NCBI RefSeq assembly: GCF_001194135.2
Contig: NC_068993.1
Span: forward strand, 30,715,417-30,755,169
Source: Octopus bimaculoides
Taxonomy: Eukaryota
Length of the DNA: 39,753 nt
Direction: 5' to 3'
This document shows positions 1-12,206 of the stretch, in pieces. The stretch's first letter is position 1. Every line of letters starts with the position of its first letter. The notes under the pieces are model-generated. The model was not told where the DNA came from, made no database searches, and saw only the letters and a program-made list of their open reading frames with translations. Both the position numbers and the translations under genes were made by a program.

Positions 1-20
1 ATATATATATATATATATAT

Positions 21-240
21 ACAGGAAGCTAGCTGGTTGGTATAGCAACACACTTCTGCGCAAGTCTACTTCCCACACGTTCACACGCACGCACTTCGGC
101 AACAATCGTCAAGTACTTGAAAATGGGGTTATAACCCCGAAATATTGAATACAAGGTAAGTCTACATTCATTCACATATTTTTTAAATTTCGATTTACCT
201 TGCATTTACTTCGCATTGTTTTGGCCCTACCCACGATCTT
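21..240 (+). mobile_element. Possible Penelope-like terminal repeat remnant with degenerate minimal hammerhead motif
   Basis: 117-146 reads TTGAAAA-T-GGGGTT-AT-AACCCC-GAAA-TATT, i.e. core-like/stem II/GAAA. It is followed by CAAG|GTAAGT, a 5' splice-site-like motif. Stem I pairs poorly. Confidence 0.3.
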
Positions 241-399
241 TTATACAATATATATATATATACATAAAACATTGAGAATCAGTGCGCAGCACTGCATTGA
301 GGATAAATATTCCTTATTTATTGTTTAAGAAGACTACCGATACTTTACAATTCTTCTGGTTTACCACGCTTAAATGTTGGTACTGATTTCCCCTTTACA

Positions 400-590
400 C
401 AAGTATACACGAGTGTGCACGAGAATGCACGGGATTTAAAAGCAAATCGCAGACCACTGGAGATAACATATAAGAATATCCCAGTTGTGATCTCCTTTTC
501 CCCAGCCCTGGTTTTTGCAAAAAAATGCGTACACCATTGGTCGTTTAATTTTATAGATTAAATAATTCCGTGCGTGCACAAGCCTTCTCG
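400..590 (+). pseudogene. Possible Penelope-like element coding remnant (linker between RT and GIY-YIG)
   Basis: Manual translation ...RRPLEITYKNIPVVISFSPALVFAKKCVHHW resembles the PLE 'IPLVITYHP...KHW' segment. Short and weak. Confidence 0.25.
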
Positions 591-1123
591 CATATGACAA
601 TTACATAATTAATAAATCTACGATGAACACAATTTCTTGCAAAAATCCTGGGCTAATGTAAGGGAAATTATAATTATGGTAATCCGATAAGTTACCTCCC
701 ATTATCTGTGTATTTATTTTGAAACTCTGTTCAGTCACGTGAAAATTCGTGTATTCTCATTCAAACTAGAGGCGGGAATAACATTTCCACGTTGTATTCT
801 TGTACAATTGTGAAGATCTCGTCACATGACAGCATTGATTACCTTGTTAAACCAGAAATTGAATGTATATATATANNNNNNNNNNNNNNNNNNNNNNNNN
901 NNNNNNNNNNNNNNNNNNNNNNNNNNNNNNNNNNNNNNNNNNNNNNNNNNNNNNNNNNNNNNNNNNNNNNNNNNNNNNNNNNNNNNNNNNNNNTATATAT
1001 GCAGAGAGAGGTAAATACATTGTCGTCTAATTTACGCAAAAATAGAAGTAATACTAACATCTCATTTTAATAGATATATTTACCAAAATTAAACAAAATA
1101 TTTTGAAATACTAGAGAGTAAAT

Positions 1124-1575
1124 TTATTCAATAAAAATGCCATTCTCTTCAACCACGTATTCGGAACCTCCAGCAACTGTTCTGGATGGTCTTCTTTAAG
1201 TTGGTGAATGCTGCTACAATCCTTGTCTTCAGTTCCTCTTCGGTGTTACAAGGAGATGCGTTGGTCTCTCGCTCAACTCCGCCCCCACACATACTAATCA
1301 AGTAGGCTGCAGTCTGGGGAGTTAGGTGCCCGTATGTTAGGGATGATGTGATCGCAGAAATTGTCTGATTGCCATGACTTGGATCTCCTGCATGTGTGTC
1401 ATGATGCAGAGTCCTGTTGCCAGACATAGTGTCTTTCAGCAGCAACCATCCTGACCCAGGGCAGTACAACCTCCTCCAGGCACTTGGTGTATGCCTCCGT
1501 GTTGAGTCTGAGGCCGTGTGGAAAGATGAATAGAGGCATAACATCGCCATCACTAGTGATCACTCCAAACATCAT
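1124..1575 (-). mobile_element. Tc1/mariner transposase C-terminal remnant, DD37D (maT-like)
   Basis: Manual translation MMFGVITSDG...YVWQQDSA...APNSPDCSLLD*YVWG then VERETN...ELKTRIVAAF...ENGIFIE*. There are 37 residues between the last two catalytic Asp. Stops and a frameshift are present. Confidence 0.8.
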
Positions 1576-2299
1576 TCAAAATATAATAGGCGAAAATTTA
1601 CAAGTCGCAGCCTATATATATATATATATATATATATAATACAAATAATATGTGAGTATATGCATATATAGGTACATGTATGTACATACCTACATCTACC
1701 TGTATATATAGATGCATATCTGGGTAGAGGACGTCACAAAAAAAAACGTGAACAAAATGAAGAACAGAACATAAACAGAGCACATAAAACAAACATGCCA
1801 CATAGAGAATATTTCTTTCATCAGCTGCCCCTCTTCTAAACTAAGCGTTTCGAAGATTTAGGGCAGGACGCATGGTTAGAATAGCTCTTCCCGCGGAAAC
1901 AAATTAAATCAAAGTAAATTAAATTTGTAATTCGGAGGAATTAAGTGGCAAACAAAAAACACGAGAGGAAAACGAAACAGTGAAAATAAACAAGAAGGGC
2001 TGAAGGCCAGACGTGAAAAAATATCTGTATACTGAACGCTGTGATGTGACGAACTGGAGAGAGACGAAAGTTCGTGCTAGCTTGGCAGTGGTCAAGAGAA
2101 GAAAGAGGGCAGTAGCCGGTCACATGTGATCAGTGAGGGGTAAGGAGAGAGAGAGTAGTAGAGAGAGAAAAAAGGGGAGGAAGTTGAACATAGGTGAGTA
2201 ACGAGAGACAGGGAGGATGAGAGAGAGAAATAGTAGTGAAGGGGAGAAGTGAAGAACAAAAGAAGGAAGAACGAGAGGGGGAGAAATACACACGAAGGT

Positions 2300-2420
2300 A
2301 TTCTTGTTTCTGTCTACCAAATCTACTAACAAGGCTTTGGCCGGCCCGAGTCTAGTAGAAGATAATTGCTCAAGGTGCCACGCACCTGGAACCATGCGGT
2401 TGAAAAACAAGCTTCTTACC
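2300..2420 (-). mobile_element. tRNA-derived SINE fragment (octopus-type family A)
   Basis: TCTACCAAATCTACTAACAAGGCTTTGGCCGGCCCGAG...TAGTAGAAGA...CAAGGTGCCACGC...GGAACCATGCGGTTG. The same motif recurs at 13605 and 21217. Family identity is from memory. Confidence 0.7.
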
Positions 2421-2989
2421 ATATACTCGCGCGCGCACACACACTCACGAATATATTTAACTAGAAGGTATGTTAATCTCGTGAAGGGATGGTTGCATCC
2501 AAGTAAATATTGGTTCAATACCTAGTATTTCTTGGAAATAAAATTCACGTAAAACAATAGGCATATATTAAGCATATAGTTTATATCCATGTAAAAGAAG
2601 GAAAGAAAAGTGACGTAAGGAAGTTAATTGTTTGCCATTAATGTTCATGGTTTCGCAATGCAGTGACTGTGTACATTTAACATCCGACCTTTGTTATGGT
2701 CTAGAACTGATTCACGCGATCTAATAAGAATATGTATTTCATATTGTACATTTCATAATTATATTTATATATTTTCATATATATTTTGTGTATGTATATA
2801 TTGGATATTTTACATGAGGTGTTGTAGCTTTCGAAGAATATATTGAGGAAAATATGTTTTTTTTTTGGTTGTCAATATCTCGAAAGTTTCCTTTTCATTG
2901 AAACCTATATAACTTTATATATATATATAGAATATTTAATGAGAGAAGACTGAAGGTTAGCTATTCTTGTTGCAAAAACTTCACCTCTT

Positions 2990-3475
2990 TCATTACCCAG
3001 CGTAACACGAAAATTATCACAGACGACTACTGTGCCGAATCTAATTTGAGGAACTGCAACTTCTAAGATAAAGCTTGCTTCCGTTGGAAGGCACTTGTCT
3101 TGAAAATGGAATTGTTTATAGAGCCAAAGTGGAAGTAGATGGCTCTCAAGAATATAAAACATATACAGGGGCTTCGGAAAATTCATTCAAGATTCAATTC
3201 TATTCCCACCGAAATTCTTTCCGATACACCGAGAACAGGATAGCGACTAGTCTTGCAAAGCATGTCTGGGAAATGAAAGAGAATGATATCCGTCCTTTAA
3301 ATGTAACCTGGTAAATTCTCGCAAAAGCATCAACATACATACATGGAGTATGGACCTATGGAATGTAATCGTTATCTCTCAGAAAATTTCTTCATCCTGT
3401 TCCAGGAGAAAAATGCTTTGAACCATAGACGTGGGTCTTAAATTCCTGCAGGCACGCCGCAAAGTTTAAAATGTC
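2990..3475 (+). mobile_element. Penelope-like element GIY-YIG endonuclease remnant
   Basis: NCNF*DKAC/PLEGTCLENGIVYRAKVEV...KTYTGASENSFKIQFYSHRNSFRY...TSLAKHVWEMKEN...VTW*ILAKAS...SCRHAAKF matches the PLE pattern C-x-C...CPL...IVY...YIG...FK.R...H...C-RH. Confidence 0.85.
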
Positions 3476-3906
3476 AACCGACAAAATACCGTATGGGTAC
3501 AATGTTGTGACTTTCGGATAATTTTGACTGTCGCATTTGAATTTGACTTTACACGTGATAGTTATTTTGCATTGCAATGCTGGTGGATATTTTGACTTCA
3601 CTTTTAAGAAAGCTTTCGACTGTTCTACGCGTTTAAGCTCTAGCTTCGCTGAAATTTGCTTTTATTGTTTACTCACGTATTTAATTACATTATATCAAAT
3701 TAATGTGCAATTTCCTTATTTTTACATTTTAATATTATATACACCGGACATTTTTTAAATTGTTTGCATATACACGTTATGATGTATTTATTTATCTTGA
3801 TGTAAAGCTATGTCTCTATATATTTATGTGCATGTATTGTAGGTATGTATATGTATGTATGTGTGTGTGCGTATACATATGTATATATATATATATATAT
3901 ATATAT

Positions 3907-4333
3907 NNNNNNNNNNNNNNNNNNNNNNNNNNNNNNNNNNNNNNNNNNNNNNNNNNNNNNNNNNNNNNNNNNNNNNNNNNNNNNNNNNNNNNNNNNNNNN
4001 NNNNNNNNNNNNNNNNNNNNNNNNNNNNNNNNNNNNNNNNNNNNNNNNNNNNNNNNNNNNNNNNNNNNNNNNNNNNNNNNNNNNNNNNNNNNNNNNNNNN
4101 NNNNNNNNNNNNNNNNNNNNNNNNNNNNNNNNNNNNNNNNNNNNNNNNNNNNNNNNNNNNNNNNNNNNNNNNNNNNNNNNNNNNNNNNNNNNNNNNNNNN
4201 NNNNNNNNNNNNNNNNNNNNNNNNNNNNNNNNNNNNNNNNNNNNNNNNNNNNNNNNNNNNNNNNNNNNNNNNNNNNNNNNNNNNNNNNNNNNNNNNNNNN
4301 NNNNNNNNNNNNNNNNNNNNNNNNNNNNNNNNN
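3907..4333. other. Assembly gap (others at 876-993, 19386-19611, 24381-24425, 27311-27622, 34803-34812)
   Basis: Runs of N, mostly flanked by (TA)n or (CA)n microsatellites. Confidence 1.
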
Positions 4334-4370
<37 letters not shown>

Positions 4371-4810
4371 TTGTGTGTGTGTGTGTGTGTGTACATAAAC
4401 ATACATGAATTTTTATAATTCTACTTATACCTTGTAAATGAATATGCTCAATCATCTCTATTTAGTTTATTTATTGCTCTAGTTCTATTTACTTTACTTT
4501 ATCCCTAATCATATTATAAGGAACCTGTAAACCCTTCACCCGAGCACATAATACAAATCATCGACCGCAACATTTAGTCTGCTGAAATGAATTGATAGGT
4601 CTTTATATAACATCCAAAGGTAAATATTTTTTCTTCTGATTAAATTATACTCATATCACAGAAATGTAAATTTAATTTACAAATTTGTAATTAAATTATT
4701 GAGTATTAATTGAAAAACAGCTGTAAGAAGCGAATTTGACCAATTTGTTAATAAACAATTATTAACTTCCTTATCTCCATTTTCTTTTCTTCTTTTAAAT
4801 TATATATATA

Positions 4811-5391
4811 CTGGATTATTCGATTCTGAGTTGTCCATTAATATAATGTTCTTCCTAGAAGTAAGACAATTTTTTTATGTTTGCTGCTCTCACACGTCAT
4901 TGAAGCTTTACTATAGCCTCGTAAATGTATCGACTGCTATTTCCAGTAAACATTGGTGCTTTGTTTGTACCACCACTGTATCTTTATATTTCTACTTTTA
5001 CGGTGCTTTATTTTACTGGAAAGTAATACATTTGTATTGCAATATTTTAATTTTCATTGAAAAAATTTTTCACTGCTCTCGGTCTGTTAATGGCTAAGCG
5101 TTCAGGCGAGTATACAGGCATTTATGTTGCAACATTTGAAATATTGTCCAGGTAAATCCAGCTGATGAAGACTTAATCAAATTTACGATGACAAACGTAT
5201 TTAAAAAGTCCGAAACCTAAGTACTGGATTATGCTATTCTAGTTTGTCCATTAATATAATGTTCTTCCTAGAGGTAAGACAATTTTTTTTAATGTTTGCT
5301 GCCCTCACACGTCTTTGCCAGTATATACACATTGAAGCTTTACTCTAGCGTCGTATTCCAGTAAACATTGGTGCTTTGCTGTACCACTACT
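4811..5391 (+). mobile_element. Retrozyme-like / Penelope pseudo-LTR-like non-autonomous element (413-nt unit plus partial repeat)
   Basis: Diverged direct repeats at 4811-4977 and 5224-5391 both begin CTGGATT. A hammerhead fold ends the unit. (TA)n lies on both flanks and there is no ORF. Confidence 0.65.
5155..5230 (+). ncRNA. Type I hammerhead ribozyme fold
   Basis: Stem I AATCCAG(5155-5161)/CTGGATT(5224-5230); core CTGATGA(5162-5168); stem II GACTT/AAGTC; GAAAC(5212-5216)-CTAA-GTA(5221-5223). Position 10.1-11.1 is an A.C mismatch. Confidence 0.75.
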
Positions 5392-5623
5392 CAATATGTA
5401 TATATATATATATATATATTGAACAAACATGGTGAGGTTAACGAGATAGCGTATTCAAAGTGATTTGATCTGGCTAAATAGTAACAAATTCTACTTTAAA
5501 TTAAAGCCTACCGGTTTGAAAAGCAAAGACATATTAGATAATATTGTTCACTAACAAAAACGCGGTGGTAACACTTCCAGCTACACCAATTAATAAGTAC
5601 TTCTATTACTTAAGAGAACATAA

Positions 5624-5836
5624 GGCGGCAAGCTGGCAGAATAGTTAGCACGCCGGGCAAAATGATTAGATGCATTTTGCCCGTCTTTACGTTCTGGGTT
5701 TAAATTCCTCCGAAGTTGGCTGCCTTTTATACTTTGGAAGTGGATAAAAAACGGATCGGTTGAACACTGGGGTCGATTTAATTAACTTAGCCCCTTCTTC
5801 AAATCTGCTGGCACTATGCCAACATTTGAAACCATT
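5624..5836 (+). mobile_element. tRNA-derived SINE (octopus-type family B)
   Basis: GGCGGCAAGCTGGCAGAATAGTTAGCACGCCGGGC head, B-box-like GTTCTGGGTTTAAATTCC, ACTGGGGTCGAT core. Related to 5849 and 16276. Confidence 0.7.
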
Positions 5837-5848
5837 GTCTAAGAGAAT

Positions 5849-5945
5849 GGTGCTGCAGAATCGTTAGCCCACCGGACAGAATACTTTGCGGTATTTCGTC
5901 TGCTACTACGTTCTGAGTTCAAATTCTGACGAGGTCGACTTGTTT
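5849..5945 (+). mobile_element. Second SINE family B copy (5' part), directly downstream of the first
   Basis: GCAGAATCGTTAGC...GCGGTATTTCGTCTG...TACGTTCTGAGTTCAAATTCTGACGAGGTCGACTT. Confidence 0.7.
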
Positions 5946-6985
5946 GACTTCTGTTGTCCTCCTGTGATAGTGAATGCTGATTACAGCACAAAGTATTCAC
6001 TGTTAAACAACTGAGTTTTGCTTTGTACTCCGTGTCCTTTGGCAACTTGAACGAACAGGAATAACAGCTTACCAGTAAGAAATTCCTATTATAATCAGTT
6101 TTCATGTAGAGGTTTGTCTATGTAAATAGTTTAAATTTTACTGTAAACTGTGTCCCGAGCTATTATTCACTTATTTCTTCTCTGATTATATGCGGCTACC
6201 TCATGCCTGTGTAATAGTGGCTGTGTAATTCCTACCGTTTTTAGTTTTGGTCGTCGTTCATGCTTTTAGCCACTTACTTTGAGGTTAGTATCTACTCATC
6301 TGCCGTTAGTTATTTGCTACATGATTGATTTTAGTAGTTTGAACAGCATATTTTTTCTCAAAAAAGGTAGCTTGCTAGAACAATCGCCAACCAACGATGA
6401 CGTTGCATAGAAGTAAGAATTAAAAGAGTAATTGATACCACAATAGAACATTTCCCTTTATGCAGCCATTTTATATATTCCCGTAGCCATTTTATATAAT
6501 TGTTATTGAACTTGATTCAATTCCAATGTTCTTAGAATTTCTCTGGATTGTACTGTGACCTGTGATAGCTGACTCTGGGTTCCTAATTTGATAGGGCAAA
6601 TGTAGCAGTGAACCATGAGTTAATCCTCGAATTGATTTAATTCAATACTGCTACGATCTTCTATAAACAAACACCTCACTGCATTAACCCAAAGAACAAA
6701 ATCACGCATTATTTATTTCAGGCTTGTATGCACGGCAAATGTTGAAGGTTAAAAGAATAATTTTGGTTACAAAATAGAATAAATCATCACTTATGCTAAC
6801 GTAAATGAATTCGACGCTATATCCTACTAATGCATGTGTATGTATATGTGTGCATGTATGTTAATATCTGTGTATATGTGTGTGCGTGTTAGATATATAA
6901 CGCATAAACAGCATATATCTATGTATATTTAAGAAAGAACATATCTTAACATTTTCGTAAATAATGTTGGTACCATTTATTGATT

Positions 6986-7192
6986 TACGAAAGGGTGCTG
7001 AAAAGTTCCTGGCTTTGGGTAGAAGGATATACAGGGAGGTCAGGTAATTATGATGTTATTCAACGTATTCTGCTCTCAGATTCACTAAGTTATTTCAGCG
7101 GTTCTTCAGTTTTACTAAGCCCTGTAAAAGAACTCAGAAGGCCTTTTGCGACATCCTTAAAACCAGGAACTTTTCACCCACCACCCTCGGAT
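6986..7192 (-). mobile_element. Mariner-derived MITE (~205 bp)
   Basis: Perfect 13-bp TIR core GAAAAGTTCCTGG (7000-7012) / CCAGGAACTTTTC (7163-7175) within TACGA...-type ends. The interior resembles a decayed mariner C-terminus. Confidence 0.7.
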
Positions 7193-10085
7193 ATGACACA
7201 CAACTTCAACTTTACAAACATTGACATTGATTATTAAGTTATTACTGGTGGATATTTTACTAATCCCAAGTAGATATTTATATTTATTGTGTGAAACAGG
7301 AAAAATTCCAATCAAAGGCATTCTAGCCATCGCCATCCTGTTCATCATTCATAGTTTGTTTTATTATAATTATGTGTATTTCATGCATACAAAACAATAA
7401 ATTACCATGTACCAGATATTTGGCAGTTATACCTAGAAGGTGTAGCCATCATGTTAAATTCTGGGCTCGTCTCAGTTACAATACTCTAAATAAAAAATAA
7501 CAAAGAATCAATTATATTGCGTTTGATAAAGCAATGAACTTACCTGCATCAAACTGCAATGTAGGATCGCATTCGTACGGTGCATGCTTTAAAATACGAA
7601 AGTGGGGCAGGATAAGATTTTTACTGAGGCTCAGAGGGTTAGCAGCCCACAGAAATATTACACTCCTTTTTGAGTAAGCAACTGAAAAAAATGTAAATGA
7701 TAAATGTAATATGAAACAAATGTTTTATTAAATAAAGCTATATAATGTTTAAATTGAAATATTTGCTACTCCACTAACGTGTTTTTCTAATTTTTGAGTC
7801 TAAAAAATAATGTTGCTAATGTGTAGATTATGTGTAGTTTATGTCCGTGACAAGACAATTTATGTCTTACGATCAGCACTCCGAACGGAAAAGTATGAAT
7901 ACTTGATAGATAAATAAATTTACTTTCCAAATATATGGTGCCGGGGCAATCATTTTGTGTCACACCTTGTGTCTGTACCTTGTATTTTAACTACACATGA
8001 AGCAACACAGTTTGAGTGAAAATCGGTGAAATGAAATATGATGAAGGCCGTTGGATAGACTTCATCGAAGGTAAACTTAATTCGTCACCTGGTTGATCCT
8101 TATGTGTTGTTTTTTATTACAGCTCAGTCTGTTGCAAGTATTCACAGCAGTGCATGAATTATGGTTTTTTCCCACACCATCCTCAATTTCTACCATCAGT
8201 CTTTGTATTAAATCTTTGACCATGCTCTAAGCTATACTAAGTTATGAATCAGTATGAGATAGAGATCCAGAAATTAAATAGTTAACTTGAAATGTTGTAC
8301 TAAATTCTTGTCCCTATTTCTTTTCTACTCTTGGTAAAAGGGCCGAAATGTTTGGTGGCTGGTGGGGAAACAGACAATGCCATGTTAAACACATCATGTA
8401 TAAGTGGATATGCGAGTTGGTCGTGAAGACTTTTGAAGAGATGAACACAGCAGAAATTAAAATACAATAAAACTATTTTTATTTCATGTTGAAATCATAC
8501 CAATATTTAAGTAACCAACAGTCTCAGAAGCCACATGAACATTTTAGCTTTCTCGAAAATAATTCAGCTGGAAAGTTAAGCACTCACAGTTTTCGAAGCT
8601 TATTGGGTAAAGCATGAACTTTACATTCTACCTCTGCACTCGTGGCTATATGTAGGAAGTTGTTTTGTTGTTAATTCTTCAACCAGAAGAAGAAGAGTAG
8701 ACCGTTTTCAGAGCTTCTGGGTCTGGCGGGTGAGGAGAAATGTTTCAGTTTGGTGATTCAGAATTGTTGCATTTTTATTAATTGTTGATTCCAGATGTCG
8801 ATAAAGTTAACATAAGTACCTGTTATATACGAGTATCAGCTCAGATAACAATTGGTTTAGAACCGTAACGCTGATCATGAAGAACGTAAGCAATATTTGC
8901 GATTATGTGTCAGTAATGTATTTGCTTCCTATTGAATTAGTATTAACGTATTAAAGCCGAAATTTTTATAAATTTTGAAGTTAAATGCACACTTCATAGA
9001 AAATTAAATTTCGTAAGACTAATGACCGGAAGTAAAACCAACTTGATCGGATACCTGGTCGAATAATAGTTTTAAATATCGTACCAACAAAAGGGATAAA
9101 ACGGAAAAGAAATCCAGATGGGATAGTCACGGTTAGAATAGCTTTGAAAATAGATCTTTTCGTTCGGGGCAGGTTTTGGATTGAGTAAAAATAATAAATG
9201 AATGTCTATTACTGATACTTACAACTTTCCATGTAAAGAGAACAAACTTGTGTGTCCATAGGATATCGTCTTAGATCCATAGGACAGGAAGCTGTCAATG
9301 AAATTCTGAAAATAGAATTTATATATTTGTATATATTAATTCTTCAATAAACATTATCAACAGTACATAGTCAATGTATGTTTCGCTTGTTCACAGGTTC
9401 GCAGGTTCGCTGCGTTACAACACTTTGGAGTCAACTCCTTATCACGGATGTTTTAAAATTCATAGATTTAGGTATGGGATGTTTCTAGATTCAGGCACGT
9501 GATGTTGATAAGCAACAAAAATGGGGAAGTATTGGTATCAATTGCTTCTGAATGGGATTGTTGGGTGAGCAGCCTCGCCTGCTTATGATTTTCAGGTGTT
9601 AAAACACACAATGATATGAGGGAGTCATCTCTAGAGCGTTGTGAGTAGCGAACCGGTGAACAGACAAAACACATACGTTGAGTATGTGCGGTCGATAATG
9701 CTTACAATACTAGCGCTGCTTTTAACTCATAACTGAAGTAAGTTTTCAATATTCATGAAATGCAACCTCTTCAGTCTCTTCGAATGGTAATCTACCTTTT
9801 TTTCTGTAGATATGTCTTCTCTTTCTTTCAATGTATGTATGTACGTATGTGTGTTGTAGCTGTGTGCGAAAATATATATGTACTTATATATGTATATATA
9901 AGTATGTAGTATGTGTGCATCTGTGTATGCATACTGATGCTTATTGGCGTGCTTAGGTTCCTGCTTATTTTTGAAGGAAGTTATATAAGAATTTTTTCGC
10001 AAAACAGTTCGTTCGCTTACAAATTGTCAAGGCTGGTATTTCCAAATATTTATAAACACGGGAATGAGTTAAGCTGTACTTATAT

Positions 10086-10211
<126 letters not shown>

Positions 10212-11514
10212 AGCGCATACACCTCCAGATTGCAAGGGAGAGAAAATTCCACACCATTGTTTCTCTTCCTCTGAAGGCTCCGTGACTTCCGGAATGCGAC
10301 ATCCAGCATCGAATAACCACTGTCGGCAAGGCGCCCTCCTGGTGAACTTCAGCCCACTGGCTGCCGACACACCACCTTAACATCGGCTTCCCCCGTCCCG
10401 TACTGACTGCTCCACAACCAGCGACAGGGTTACGAACCACCAAGGAGACGGTTACCACCCGCCAACCTCCAATGCCCCCACAACCTCATGCATCCTCTGA
10501 AAACCCTAATTTTGCCTCCATATACGGGGCGTGCAATCATAAACAGGTGCATATGATACACATATGTAAGGACCTATGTGCACCCCCACACGCGCCAACA
10601 CATACCTCCACCCGCCCCAGCATATACGCGCACACGCACACATGCACACACGCGCAGGTACGCATGCGCATATGTTCACGTAACTACACTAGCATACATC
10701 ACACACGTATACATAAATACATCTCTCAAACGAGCATACATCTATTACGTCTGCATCCTTTCAAGAAACATGTTGACCTTTGTTGTATAAGCACATAAAG
10801 CCCTAATGAGATTGTGTCCCACGTAGTTGAAAACGATGACCATTCCTTAACATTAGACCCAACTCAAATGCATAGAATTACGAATCACTTAGGGGCAGGA
10901 ATCGAAACAAATAGGTCTTTGGGATCTGCATTTCTTTTTTTGAGATTTATAATTTATACTTTATTTGCATTGTTTTTATAAAAAGACTTTCAACCTCATA
11001 ATATCATACAAATAAATTAATTATACATTTATAATTCTCCATTTTTTCTTATTATATATATATATATATATATGTGAATTTATGCTCATCGTAAAGAAGC
11101 TGCAGGCTTTGAAACAGTTCTACATAACTGATTCCGAAAGTAACGTTCACATTTTCAGGGCAACAAACACCCCTTTATGATTAGAGACGATTGTTCTTTT
11201 CTGTTACAAATGGCTATATAATATTTGAAACGAGGATTTGCTGTGGCAAAATTCGTAGACCTCTCAAAATACAAACTAAATTTATGAGCATATGTGATAG
11301 CTATACCATGTATCAGAAGCATTAGCGTATGAATGTATAACTATCAACTCCATTAAAAATCTCCATAACTTCTTGGTATGATAATACTTAAACCATCGTG
11401 TATGATACCAGAGAGGAAAACTTTTACCGTAGTTAATTGTGACTGAAGGTGTCGAAACATCTATATGGCAGGAAATAAAAGTTTAAAACTTCTAATGCTG
11501 TACGAAATGTACAA

Positions 11515-11552
<38 letters not shown>

Positions 11553-12155
11553 ATATATATATTGACAGGGGTGATAACTGCCTCGTGAGCGACTCTAGGA
11601 TCATTGGACTAGACTGGTTTCGCCTATCAGTATTGATTACTCAGTCGCTTGCTGATTTGGCTAAATCGATTCGTAGTATATATAATTACCAGGCGAAACC
11701 AATAAATACATAGAAGTTTTAACTCTTATTTCTTGCAATATAAGTACTTCCGCAACCTCAGTCACAATTAGTGATGATAAAATGTTTCTTTTATGGTATT
11801 ATATTGGGCCTAGCTGTTACCGACTATGTCAAAGGTCATTGAAAATGTTGCAAATAGCAATGAAAAAGTTTCACAAACAAAAACCAAGCAAATGGCTTGC
11901 TGTTTAATCAAATAAAACAAACAATCGATTAGTCAGTTGGATATTTTAACCAATTGAGAAATGATAAAGGAGTGGAATTGTACCATGCGTGTGTTAATAA
12001 TATTGATATAATGACTCCCTAGATGCAACAAAATTTGTTTCAACGCACGAATGCACATAATCTTACAAACTAGATAAAAGAACGAAGTTTTCCCCCCCTC
12101 CCATTCTCTCTCTCCCTCTCTTTGTTTGCATATATACACACATATACATACATAA

Positions 12156-12206
<51 letters not shown>

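Noticed and set aside
1800-1870. Minus-strand CGAAACGCTTAGTT...GCTGATGAAAGA as a type II hammerhead
   Set aside because: No credible stem I forms between the cleavage triplet and the core. It may be a retroelement terminus remnant, but the fold is unsupported.
3760-4455. Long ORFs in the ORF track that span N runs (also 792-1070, 19311-19647, 27066-27698)
   Set aside because: They are artefacts of gaps and (TA)n/(CA)n repeats.
2990-5391. Direct link between the GIY-YIG Penelope fragment and the hammerhead element
   Set aside because: I see no shared sequence, and they are separated by a gap and ~500 bp of unrelated DNA.
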